From: an uncultured Gammaproteobacteria bacterium
Lineage (GTDB): Bacteria > Patescibacteriota > Patescibacteriia > UBA11705 > DATKZF01
NCBI GenBank assembly: GCA_964411255.1
Contig: CAYPKD010000005.1
Coordinates: forward strand, 5,547 to 69,546
Direction of reading: 5' to 3'
Length of the DNA: 64,000 nucleotides
The first letter of the stretch is position 1; every line of letters begins with the position of its first letter. Positions 11,034 through 19,974 of this stretch are shown one piece after another. Made by a program: the position numbers and the translations under genes. The notes under the pieces were generated by a model that saw nothing but the letters and a program-made list of their open reading frames with translations, was not told the DNA's origin and searched no databases.

Positions 11034-11092
11034 TTTAATTGAAGAAATATAAACTACTTGCTATTCTATTCTAACTTTTTTAATTTTCAATA

Positions 11093-11108
11093 TTTTGATA
11101 TAATAAAA
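11093..11108 (+). promoter_or_regulatory. extended -10 promoter-like 16-mer TTTTGATATAATAAAA
   Basis: identical to 6145-6160; upstream of trxA. Confidence 0.4.
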
Positions 11109-11134
11109 TAGTCTCTAATAAATAAAATAAAAAT

Positions 11135-11458
11135 ATGGCAGAAATAATATTAACTGATGATAACTTCGAAGTTGAGGTTTTAAATTTTAATGGCCCAGTG
11201 TTGGTTGACTTTTATGCAGATTGGTGTGGACCATGCAAGATGCAAGGTCCGATTATTGATGATTTAGCTAAAGAGCTAGAAGGAAAAGAAGTAAAAGTTG
11301 GGAAACTGGATATTGATAAAAATCCAAGAACCGCGGAAAAGTATGAAGTGATGAGTATTCCTACCTTAGTTTTGTTCAAAGGCGGAGAAGTAAAAGAAAC
11401 TTTGCATGGAGTTCATAATAAAGATGATCTTAAAGCAAAATTAGAATCATTGATGTAA
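11135..11458 (+). CDS. trxA: thioredoxin
   Basis: WCGPC active site; 107 aa. Confidence 0.9.
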   Translation: MAEIILTDDNFEVEVLNFNGPVLVDFYADWCGPCKMQGPIIDDLAKELEGKEVKVGKLDIDKNPRTAEKYEVMSIPTLVLFKGGEVKETLHGVHNKDDLKAKLESLM

Positions 11459-11460
11459 TC

Positions 11461-11490
11461 CTGAGGGCTTGTATAGCCCTTTTTTGTGTT
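11461..11490 (+). terminator. rho-independent terminator
   Basis: gagggcttgtatagccctt hairpin followed by Ts. Confidence 0.6.
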
Positions 11491-11519
11491 GAAAATGTTT
11501 AATAATTCCCAATTTTCAT

Positions 11520-12509
11520 ATGACAGATAAAAATACAATTTATGATGTAATAATCATCGGTGCTGGCGCTGCAGGTTTGACAGCAGCCATTTATACTGGC
11601 CGAAGAGAATTGAAAACATTAATTTTGACAAAAGACATTGGCGGCCAGGCTGCGATGACTGATGAAATTGAAAATTGGCCTGGTGAAATTTCTATTTTAG
11701 GACCTGAACTAATGAATAAATTTAAAGCCCAAGCTGAAAAGTGGGGTGCAAAAATTGAATTTGCTGAAATAAAAGAGATTAAAAAAGAAAAAGATTATTT
11801 TGTACTACTTGCAGATGGAAAAGAATATAAAGCATTAACTATAATTTTAGGATTTGGACTTGAGCATAGGAAATTAGGAGTGAGCGGAGAGAAAGAATTT
11901 ACTGGAAAAGGAATATCATATTGCGCCACTTGTGATGGCCCATTATTTCGAGGGAAGACAATTGGTGTGGTTGGCGGAGGTAATTCAGCTTTGGATGCAG
12001 TTGAATATTTAGCAAAGCTGGCGGAAAAGGTTTATATGTTTATTAGAAAAGATACTTTTAGTCCAAATGCAGAGACAGTTCTTGTTGATACAATTCAGAA
12101 TTTGGAAAAACAAGGCAAAGTTGAAGTAATGTGGAACACAGAAGTAAAGGAAATAAAAGGAGAAAAATTAATGAATTCTGTGGAATTTGTTAATAATAAA
12201 ACGAATAAAACACAAGATTTAGAATTAAAGGGTTTATTTATTGAAATTGGCATGGTACCGCAGACAAAAGTGATTGAAGGCCTGGTTGATTTAGATGAAC
12301 GTGGACAAATAGTAATTGATCAGGGATGTAATACCAGCGTGCCTGGCATTTATGCTGCTGGTGATGTAACTATCAGTCCATATAAACAATTGGTCACTTC
12401 TGCTGGGGAAGGTGCAAAAGCAGCTTTATCAGCATATTCTCATATTCAGAAAACTCAGGGTAAAAAAGGCGGAGTTGGGAGTGATTTTACAAAAAAGAAA
12501 ATTATGTAA
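11520..12509 (+). CDS. trxB: thioredoxin-disulfide reductase
   Basis: GAGAAG FAD-binding site; CATCDG redox-active cysteines. Confidence 0.9.
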   Translation: MTDKNTIYDVIIIGAGAAGLTAAIYTGRRELKTLILTKDIGGQAAMTDEIENWPGEISILGPELMNKFKAQAEKWGAKIEFAEIKEIKKEKDYFVLLADGKEYKALTIILGFGLEHRKLGVSGEKEFTGKGISYCATCDGPLFRGKTIGVVGGGNSALDAVEYLAKLAEKVYMFIRKDTFSPNAETVLVDTIQNLEKQGKVEVMWNTEVKEIKGEKLMNSVEFVNNKTNKTQDLELKGLFIEIGMVPQTKVIEGLVDLDERGQIVIDQGCNTSVPGIYAAGDVTISPYKQLVTSAGEGAKAALSAYSHIQKTQGKKGGVGSDFTKKKIM

Positions 12510-12620
12510 AAACAGATCAACGGATAGCAACAGATACAACGGAAATCAATTAATATCCGTTTCATCTGTTGTAGATCTGCCAGTCCTGAGCTTGTCGAAG
12601 GGTTGATCCGTTTGAATAAT
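12510..12620 (+). repeat. copy A of a ~100-nt repeated leader/MITE-like element
   Basis: aacagatcaacggata...tatccgtttcatctgtt hairpin, then gtcctgagc..gtcgaagg box, then gttgatccgtttgaataat fused to the gdh ATG; homologous to 16540-16630 and 30088-30195. Confidence 0.6.
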
Positions 12621-13844
12621 ATGAATGCATTTGAAAACGCAATGCAGCAACTTGATAATGCTGCGAAAATAATTAATTTAGATGAAAAAGTGCTTCAGTC
12701 ATTAAAAAGGCCTCAAAAGATAATTGAGGTTTCTTTGCCTGTGAAAATGGATGACGGCTCGTTAAAGTTTTTTGAAGGTTATCGCGTTCAATATAATAAT
12801 TGGCGAGGGCCATTCAAAGGCGGCATTCGGTTCTTTCCAGAAGTTGACAAGGACGAAGTAAAAGCTTTATCGTTTTGGATGACCATAAAGTGCGCTGTTT
12901 TAGATTTGCCGCTTGGAGGCGGAAAAGGCGGTGTTACTGTAAACCCGAAAGAACTTTCAGAAAAAGAGTTGGAAAATTTAAGCCGCGTTTATACCCGGGC
13001 TTTATATAATGACATTGGACCAGACAAAGATGTACCAGCGCCAGATGTTTATACCACTCCTCAAATTATGTCCTGGATGGCTGATGAGTATTCAAAAATT
13101 AAGAAAAAAAAGACACCAGGCGTGATTACCGGAAAACCGCTTGAAGCTGGAGGCTCTGAAGGCAGAAGTACAGCTACGGCTCAGGGAGGATTTTATTTGC
13201 TAAAGCACATTATGGAAATTGAGCAGAGAAAGCCTGAAAATCAAACAGTGGCTATTCAGGGATTTGGCAATGCAGGCTCAGTAATGGCGCAGCTTTGTCA
13301 TCAGGATGGATTAAAAGTAGTGGCAGTTTCAGATTCAAAAGGAGGAATTTATAAAAAAGATGGGTTAGACATTAAAAAAGTTATTGAACATAAAAAAGAA
13401 ACTGGATCAGTGCAAAATTTTGAAAATGCAGAAAATATTTCAAATGAAAAATTATTAGAGCTTGATGTGCAGTTTTTAGTGCCTGCAGCTTTAGAAAATC
13501 AAATAACGCGAAATAACGCAAATAAAATTGACGCCAACATTATTATTGAGCTGGCTAATGGACCGATTACGCCTGAAGCAGACATTATTTTATTTGAAAA
13601 AGGAATAAATGTTGTTCCAGATGTGCTGGCAAATGCAGGTGGGGTGACAGTTTCATATTTTGAATGGTATCAGAATGTAAATAATGAAAAATGGACAGAA
13701 AAAAAGGTTTTTGAAAAATTAAAACCCAAAATGATTGAAAATTACGATCAGGTTTTTGAAAAACGAAATGAATTTCAGGTTGATATGAGGCGGGCAGCGT
13801 TTGTGTTGGCCTTGGAAAGACTAAAGCAAACCTTTCCTTTTTGA
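12603..13844 (+). CDS. gdh: Glu/Leu/Phe/Val-family glutamate dehydrogenase
   Basis: GGGKGG motif, Rossmann GFGNAGS; true start may be the Met at 12621 (MNAFENAM). Confidence 0.9.
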   Translation: MIRLNNMNAFENAMQQLDNAAKIINLDEKVLQSLKRPQKIIEVSLPVKMDDGSLKFFEGYRVQYNNWRGPFKGGIRFFPEVDKDEVKALSFWMTIKCAVLDLPLGGGKGGVTVNPKELSEKELENLSRVYTRALYNDIGPDKDVPAPDVYTTPQIMSWMADEYSKIKKKKTPGVITGKPLEAGGSEGRSTATAQGGFYLLKHIMEIEQRKPENQTVAIQGFGNAGSVMAQLCHQDGLKVVAVSDSKGGIYKKDGLDIKKVIEHKKETGSVQNFENAENISNEKLLELDVQFLVPAALENQITRNNANKIDANIIIELANGPITPEADIILFEKGINVVPDVLANAGGVTVSYFEWYQNVNNEKWTEKKVFEKLKPKMIENYDQVFEKRNEFQVDMRRAAFVLALERLKQTFPF

Positions 13845-13871
13845 GTTTGGACACAATAATAACAATAAAAT

Positions 13872-14529
13872 ATGGATAATATAGCTAAAAAGAAAATTGA
13901 TGAGATTTACTCAACAGGTCAAGTTGTCTCAGAATTTGACAAGACCACACACACCATCTTTCCAGTTTCCATAGACCCAGTAGAAGGAAAAAGTTTACAA
14001 GAAGTTGTTAAGCAAGAGAATCCAAAGACAGTGATAGAAATAGGACTTGGTTATGGTTTCGCTGCGTTGAATGTTTTTGCAGGAATAAATATCTCAAAAG
14101 GAAAAGATTTTAGATACATAACCATTGATCCTAATCAAGAGAGTCGTTTTTCAAATATTGGACTTCAACTATTACAAGAAATTGAGGCATCTGATTGCGT
14201 TGAGTTTCATAACTCTCTATCTGAGCTTGTATTACCGCACCTTATTGAAGCAAATGAAAAAGCAGATTTCGCAATAGTGATGGTAATCACAGATTCGAAC
14301 ATGTTTTTGTAGATTTATTTTATCTGGATCGAATCTTAAAACCAGGTAGCATAATTTTTCTTGATGACTTTCAATTACCTGGAATTCAAAAAGTTGTTTC
14401 ATTTTTTGTAAATAATATTGAATGGAAAATTGAAGCAGAAGGAAGTATTTCAAAGGATCATCATTGGGTAACGTTACGAACTCGATCTGAAGTCTTGGAG
14501 CGAGATTATGATGCTTTTACTGATTTCTA
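13872..14529 (+). pseudogene. class I SAM-dependent (O-)methyltransferase interrupted by a 1-nt frameshift near 14280
   Basis: frame 0 gives ...VIEIGLGYGFAAL...ADFAIV then stops; frame +2 continues DGNHRFEHVFVDLFYLDRILKPGSIIFLDD to the stop at 14529, a contiguous methyltransferase fold. Confidence 0.6.
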
Positions 14530-14541
14530 AAACGAATAAAT

Positions 14542-15081
14542 ATGCTTGGATTGAATCGTAAAAATGTGAAATTATCAAAATATCATCCGGGCTGGAAAAA
14601 GGCTTTTGAGGATGAAAAGACAGCTATCCAAAAGAAATTAGGAGAATCCGTATTAGATATTGAACATATCGGCTCAACATCAATTCCAGGAATGAGTGCA
14701 AAGCCTGTTCTTGATTTTATGATTGCAGTAAAATCAGTTGATGACTATGAAAAATTTGTTGAGCCTCTAAAAAAACTTGGATACAAATTTCGAAGAGACA
14801 ACAGAGAAATTCAGGAACACATTTTATTTGTAAAAGGTCCTGAGGATTTAAGAACCCACTATCTCAAACTAACTGAAAAAGACTCTGAATTCTGGAAAGA
14901 ACATATTTTGTTCCGTGATTATTTAAGAAATCATCCTAAAACGGCTAGGGAATATCAAGAACTAAAAGAAAACCTGCAGGAATCTCTTGGGTCAAGCAGG
15001 GCTACTTACACTGAAGCTAAAGCAGAATTTATCCAAAAGATACTTAGACTGGTAAAAGCTGAGGAAAAGGCTAAACAGTAA
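14542..15081 (+). CDS. GrpB-family (UPF0157) nucleotidyltransferase-like protein
   Basis: EHIGSTSIPG..KPVLDFMIAV motif. Confidence 0.7.
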   Translation: MLGLNRKNVKLSKYHPGWKKAFEDEKTAIQKKLGESVLDIEHIGSTSIPGMSAKPVLDFMIAVKSVDDYEKFVEPLKKLGYKFRRDNREIQEHILFVKGPEDLRTHYLKLTEKDSEFWKEHILFRDYLRNHPKTAREYQELKENLQESLGSSRATYTEAKAEFIQKILRLVKAEEKAKQ

Positions 15082-15094
15082 CCGCAAACGGCAT

Positions 15095-15736
15095 TTGCTG
15101 AAATTTCCTATATTAATTATGCACTACGAAAGAAAATTATTTAAAGAAGGATTTAATTATATCGCCGGCATAGATGAAGCCGGCCGCGGGGCCTGGGCAG
15201 GGCCTTTATTTGTTGGTGCTGTTATTTTACCAATAAAGAACTTATCTGAATTTGGTAATATAAAAGATTCAAAAAAACTAACAGCAAAAACAAGGGAAAT
15301 ACTCGAGGATAATATAAAGCAAAATTGTGTGAGCTGGGCAGTGGGAAAAGCTGAGAGTTATGAAATTGACGAGCTGGGATTACAAAATGCGCATTTGCTT
15401 GCGGTCGAGCGTGCATTTTTAACATTAAAGCAATATCCGGATTATGTATTGGTCGATCGAATTGCCAAAGTTAAATTCCCAATACCTTTTGAAAATATTA
15501 TTAAAGCTGATGATAAGTTTTTATGCGTAGGGGCAGCATCAATTATTGCTAAAGTTGGCAGAGATAGAGAAATGATTCGATTGGCTAAAGAGTTCCCTGA
15601 ATTTAAATTTGAAGATCATAAGGGTTATGGCACAAAGCTGCATCAGGATTTAATTGATCAATATGGATTATGCAAAATTCACCGTAGATTATTTTCACCA
15701 ATCCGGCAGCTTGACAAGGATTTACATTTGTTATAA
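15095..15736 (+). CDS. rnhB: ribonuclease HII
   Basis: GIDEAGRGAWAGP catalytic motif. Confidence 0.9.
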   Translation: MLKFPILIMHYERKLFKEGFNYIAGIDEAGRGAWAGPLFVGAVILPIKNLSEFGNIKDSKKLTAKTREILEDNIKQNCVSWAVGKAESYEIDELGLQNAHLLAVERAFLTLKQYPDYVLVDRIAKVKFPIPFENIIKADDKFLCVGAASIIAKVGRDREMIRLAKEFPEFKFEDHKGYGTKLHQDLIDQYGLCKIHRRLFSPIRQLDKDLHLL

Positions 15737-15772
15737 TATTTTTTATTCATAATCAAAAAAGAGGGGGAGATC

Positions 15773-15892
15773 ATGGATTCACCATTTTGGCATCAAGTAA
15801 TTTGGATATTTGGTATTGTTGGAACATTATGTGTAGGTGCATTAATTTATTATTTAATTCGATGGTTAAAAGGGAAAAAAGAGATAAACTAA
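15773..15892 (+). CDS. 39-aa small membrane peptide (MDSPFWHQVIWIFGIVGTLCVGALIYYLIRWLKGKKEIN)
   Basis: strong RBS agagggggag 7 nt upstream of ATG; single TM helix; followed by a terminator; below the ORF-track length cutoff. Confidence 0.45.
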   Translation: MDSPFWHQVIWIFGIVGTLCVGALIYYLIRWLKGKKEIN

Positions 15893-15904
15893 TATGAATA
15901 GTGA

Positions 15905-15936
15905 CAGAACTTCATAGAGTTCTGTTTTTTTATTAT
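15905..15936 (+). terminator. rho-independent terminator
   Basis: acagaacttcatagagttctgt hairpin followed by 7 Ts. Confidence 0.6.
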
Positions 15937-16133
15937 GAGATTACCACGATGTGGTCACTTCGTGACAAGATCCATAATACGAGATAATACAGATTACAGA
16001 TAGTACAAGATTAGCGGATTCCAAATAGTAATAAGCAATCAGCAATTAACAATCATTCCTTGACATAATTTTAAATAAATGATAACATTGATAAATGTTG
16101 GGTGAGGTCAGACATCTAAAAAAGGAGGGGTAG

Positions 16134-16454
16134 ATGTCGAGAAGAAAAGACAGAGAAGAATCCAAACCAGGCGGTACGTATGATATTCCACTTGAAAAAG
16201 TGGTTGTCACAGCTCCTGGGCAAAAACCAGATGAAGTTGCTGCAAAAAAGCAGATTGCTCAAAAGGTTTTGAGTAGCCTGCCGCCTGCAGTGGACCGGGG
16301 TTTGCGAGTGGCGTTTGGTATTCCAGTGCCATCGAGTATGCCACTTTCTCAAAAAGAGGGCGCCAGCCCAGAAACAAAAGTTGAAATTGCAAAAATTGAA
16401 CGCAGGGCCTTGGAGCGGCTTCAAACGCAACAAGCAGTTGATTCATTAAAATAA
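16134..16454 (+). CDS. hypothetical protein, GC-rich relative to flanks
   Basis: strong RBS aaaaggagggg; 106 aa rich in Ala/Pro/Gly; terminator follows. Confidence 0.6.
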   Translation: MSRRKDREESKPGGTYDIPLEKVVVTAPGQKPDEVAAKKQIAQKVLSSLPPAVDRGLRVAFGIPVPSSMPLSQKEGASPETKVEIAKIERRALERLQTQQAVDSLK

Positions 16455-16465
16455 ATTCATTAATT

Positions 16466-16495
16466 TATTAAGGACTCTTTTGGGTCCTTTTTTAC
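16466..16495 (+). terminator. rho-independent terminator
   Basis: aaggactcttttgggtcctttttt. Confidence 0.55.
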
Positions 16496-16539
16496 TTGAT
16501 TTTTTGTAAAAATTCAGATAGAATAGTAATAGTTTTTAG

Positions 16540-16630
16540 AAAAACAGATCAACAGATCAGCAACGGATACAACGGAAATCATTTGACATCTGTTTCATCT
16601 GTTGAATATCCGTTGATCCGTTTGAACAAT
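16540..16630 (+). repeat. copy B of the repeated leader/MITE-like element
   Basis: about 85% identical to copy A but lacks the 24-nt GC box; ends gttgatccgtttgaacaat fused to the leuS ATG. Confidence 0.6.
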
Positions 16631-19036
16631 ATGAAGAAATATAATCACCAAAAATTAGAAAAAAAGTGGCAAGAGTATTGGGAAGAAAAAGAAATATACA
16701 AAGCTTTGGATTTTGATCAAACAGATAAGCCTAAATATTACAGTTTAATAGAATTCCCTTATCCATCTGGGGAAGGTCTTCATGTTGGCCATCCGCGAAG
16801 CTACACCGCCTTAGATGTTATTGCCAGAAAGAAAAGGATGCAAGGGTATAATGTTTTATTCCCAATTGGCTGGGATGCTTTTGGTTTACCCACGGAAAAT
16901 TATGCAATAAAAACCGGTATTCATCCAAAATTAGCTACTGCTCAAAATGTTAAAAGATTTACAAAGCAATTAAAGAGCCTGGGATTGAGTTTTGACTGGT
17001 CAAGGGAAATAAATACTACTGATCCTGAATATTATAAATGGACGCAATGGATATTTTTAAAATTGTATGAAAATGGTTTAGCATATAAAAAGAAAATGCC
17101 AATTAATTGGTGTCCTTCATGCAAAATTGGTTTAGCCAATGAAGAAGTGGTCAGTGGAGTTTGTGAGCGCTGCGGTCATGACGCAGAAAAAAGAGATATG
17201 AAACAATGGCTTTTAAAGATAACTGCATATGCAGATCGTTTGATTGAGGATTTGGAAACCGTTGATTATTCTGAGAATATTAAAACAGCGCAAATAAATT
17301 GGATTGGCCGGAGCGAAGGAGCTGATGTTGATTTTGAAATAAAAGGAACAGATAAAAAACTTAGTGTTTTTACCACCAGACCTGATACTTTATTTGGCGC
17401 AACGTACATGGCAATTGCTCCTGAACATGAATGGGTTGAAGAAATCACCACAAAAGACAATAAAGAAGCTGTTTTTAATTATCAAAAGCAGGCCAGGCAA
17501 AAATCAGATTTAGAAAGAACTGATTTGGCAAAAGAAAAGACCGGAGTGTTTACTGGCGCGTATGCAATTAATCCGGTCAATGGCCAGGAAATTCCAATTT
17601 GGGTTGCTGATTATGTTTTGTCAACTTATGGCAGTGGAGCAATTATGGCGGTACCAGCGCATGATGAGCGTGATTATGAATTTGCCAAAAAATATGATTT
17701 GCCAATTATTGAAGTTATTAAAGGCGGAGACATCGCAAAAGAAGCTTACACCGAAGATGGTGAGTTAATAAATTCAGAAATGCTTAATGGTTTAAATGTT
17801 AGTGATGCCATAAGTAAAATAAATAAATGGCTGGAGGAAAAAGAATTTGGTAAAGCAACTATTAATTATAAGCTTCGCGACTGGATTTTTTCCCGGCAAC
17901 ATTATTGGGGTGAGCCAATACCAATTGTTTTTTGTAAAAAATGCGGTACAGTACCTGTCCCATATGAAGAATTGCCACTGGAGTTGCCAAAAGTTGAAAA
18001 TTATAAGCCAACTGAAACGGGTGAATCACCTTTAGCAAATATTAAAAAGTGGGTTAATACAAAATGTCCAAAATGTAAGGGATCTGCAAAGAGAGAAACA
18101 GACACAATGCCAAACTGGGCTGGCAGTTCATGGTATTTCTTGCGATATTGCGATCCAAAGAACAGTGAAGAATTTGCAAATTCTGAGAAACTAAAATATT
18201 GGTTTCCAATAGATTTATACAATGGCGGAATGGAACACACAACATTGCATTTATTGTATTCCAGATTTTGGCATAAATTTTTATTTGATATAGATTTAGT
18301 GCCAACTTCAGAGCCTTACATGCAGCGGAGATCTCATGGCTTGATTATCGGAGAGGATGGACAGAAAATGTCAAAGTCTAGAGGTAATGTTATTAATCCG
18401 GACGATATTGTTAAGGAGCACGGAGCAGATGTTTTGAGAACATATGAGATGTTTATCGGTCCATATGATCAGTCTATCGCATGGTCAACAAACGGTATAA
18501 ATGGAATTCGGAGGTTTATTGATAGGATTTATAATTTTAAGGGTTTTAAAAATAATGGAACTAAGGATTCTGAGGAAGTTGAGATATTATTGCAAAAGAC
18601 AATAAAAAAAGTAACAGATGATATAGATAAAATGCATTTTAATACAGCTATTAGCGCTTTAATGATTTTATTGAACAAATTTGAAGAAGAAAAGATTATT
18701 TCAAAAGATACTTGGAAAATATTTTTAATAATGTTTTCTGTGTTCGCGCCACATATAACGGAAGAGCTTTGGCAGGCTCTGGGTGAAAAGACCAGCATAT
18801 GCCTAAAACCATGGCCCAAGTATGATGAGGGTAAAATTAAAGAAGAAAAAATTAAATTAGTAGTACAGGTTGATGGTAAGGTACGGGCAAATATCGAGGT
18901 AGAAAGCGGAATAATTGAAGACGAAGCAAAACAAATAGCATTGAAAGATGAAAAATTAAAAAAATCTATTGGGGATAAGGAAATTAAAAAAATTGTGTTT
19001 GTGAAGGATAAGCTGATTAATTTTGTGATAAAGTAA
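16631..19036 (+). CDS. leuS: leucine--tRNA ligase
   Basis: HVGHPRSY (HIGH) and KMSKS motifs; CP1 editing-domain region. Confidence 0.95.
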   Translation: MKKYNHQKLEKKWQEYWEEKEIYKALDFDQTDKPKYYSLIEFPYPSGEGLHVGHPRSYTALDVIARKKRMQGYNVLFPIGWDAFGLPTENYAIKTGIHPKLATAQNVKRFTKQLKSLGLSFDWSREINTTDPEYYKWTQWIFLKLYENGLAYKKKMPINWCPSCKIGLANEEVVSGVCERCGHDAEKRDMKQWLLKITAYADRLIEDLETVDYSENIKTAQINWIGRSEGADVDFEIKGTDKKLSVFTTRPDTLFGATYMAIAPEHEWVEEITTKDNKEAVFNYQKQARQKSDLERTDLAKEKTGVFTGAYAINPVNGQEIPIWVADYVLSTYGSGAIMAVPAHDERDYEFAKKYDLPIIEVIKGGDIAKEAYTEDGELINSEMLNGLNVSDAISKINKWLEEKEFGKATINYKLRDWIFSRQHYWGEPIPIVFCKKCGTVPVPYEELPLELPKVENYKPTETGESPLANIKKWVNTKCPKCKGSAKRETDTMPNWAGSSWYFLRYCDPKNSEEFANSEKLKYWFPIDLYNGGMEHTTLHLLYSRFWHKFLFDIDLVPTSEPYMQRRSHGLIIGEDGQKMSKSRGNVINPDDIVKEHGADVLRTYEMFIGPYDQSIAWSTNGINGIRRFIDRIYNFKGFKNNGTKDSEEVEILLQKTIKKVTDDIDKMHFNTAISALMILLNKFEEEKIISKDTWKIFLIMFSVFAPHITEELWQALGEKTSICLKPWPKYDEGKIKEEKIKLVVQVDGKVRANIEVESGIIEDEAKQIALKDEKLKKSIGDKEIKKIVFVKDKLINFVIK

Positions 19037-19166
19037 AACCAGCATTTCTGCTGTACGCCTGCCAGTTTCGTGGTCAGCGGCAGAGATGCCGCTTGATTCA
19101 GTGCAGGCGCTTACAAGCACCATTTCTGGTGCTACCCAAAATGACAGCAGAAATGCTGGTTTTTTG
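19037..19166 (+). other. GC-rich multi-stem structured element closed by an 18-bp stem plus U tract (complex terminator or ncRNA)
   Basis: aaccagcatttctgctgt ... acagcagaaatgctggtt then tttttt; inner hairpins cgcctgc/gcaggcg, gcggca-gaga-tgccgc, agcacca-tttc-tggtgct. Confidence 0.5.
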
Positions 19167-19215
19167 ATATTTCGATAAGGTGTGATAAGATAATATATGA
19201 TTATCTAGGATAAAT

Positions 19216-19974
19216 ATGCAACTTATTCACGATTTACAAGCAATAGGTTTAAATGACAAGGAGGCAAAAGTCTATATTTCCACTTTACAGCTGGGGTTTG
19301 CCAGTGTACAGGATATTGCTGAAAACTCTGAAATAAATAGAACAACGACCTATACTCATGTAAAGAATTTAATTGAACGCGGAATGATTTTAGCACAAGA
19401 AAAAGAGGGAAAGGTTTTTTATATTGCTGAAAAGCCTGAAAAAATTCAAATATTATTAGTTGCCAAAGAAGAGGAAATAAAAAGACAGCATCAGATATAT
19501 GAAGAGGTTTTGCCAGAGCTAAAAGCACTGTATAATGTTTCTATTGAAAAACCAAAAGTGAGATTTTTTGAAGGGAAAAGCGGACTTGAAGAAATGCAGG
19601 AAGACATGCTGTATAGCAGGGAGCCGATAATGTACGGATTTTACTGTTTGGATTTTGTCTATGATGTTTTTCCAAATATTTATAAAAATTATTCCCAACG
19701 CAGAGTAAAGACAGGAATAAGAACAAAAATTATCTACACCCGTAAATCAGGTCAAATGTATTTTGAAGATGATTCTGACAGGCTGAGAGAAAGAAGGTTT
19801 GTGCCTTATGATAATTTTCCCTTTCAGAGTGATGTCACAATTTATGGGAAAAAGGTGGCAATTGCTTCTTTGAAAGATTCTCTTTCGGGAATAATTATTT
19901 CAAACAAAAAAATCGCAGAGAGCTTTAAGCTATTATTTGAATTAGCTTGGCAGGGAGCGAAAAAATATAATTGA
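19216..19974 (+). CDS. TrmB-family transcriptional regulator
   Basis: N-terminal HTH LNDKEAKVYISTLQLGFASVQDIAENSEINRTTTYTHVKNLIERGMI. Confidence 0.7.
   Translation: MQLIHDLQAIGLNDKEAKVYISTLQLGFASVQDIAENSEINRTTTYTHVKNLIERGMILAQEKEGKVFYIAEKPEKIQILLVAKEEEIKRQHQIYEEVLPELKALYNVSIEKPKVRFFEGKSGLEEMQEDMLYSREPIMYGFYCLDFVYDVFPNIYKNYSQRRVKTGIRTKIIYTRKSGQMYFEDDSDRLRERRFVPYDNFPFQSDVTIYGKKVAIASLKDSLSGIIISNKKIAESFKLLFELAWQGAKKYN

Noticed and set aside
12412-12606. 64-aa ORF overlapping the trxB 3' end and the repeat element
   Set aside because: Its sequence is the repeat element itself (the same translation, RYNGNQLISVSSV, reappears in the ORF that overlaps copy B), and there is no RBS. It is an artefact of the repeat.
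14232-14453. 73-aa minus-strand ORF
   Set aside because: It lies across the frameshift junction of the methyltransferase gene, whose + strand reading (frames 0 then +2) explains the region.
19037-19166. SRP (4.5S) RNA candidate
   Set aside because: It has a GNRA-capped hairpin and a GGUCAG box but lacks the conserved AGCAGC / domain IV asymmetric-loop motif. It is kept only as an unclassified structured element.
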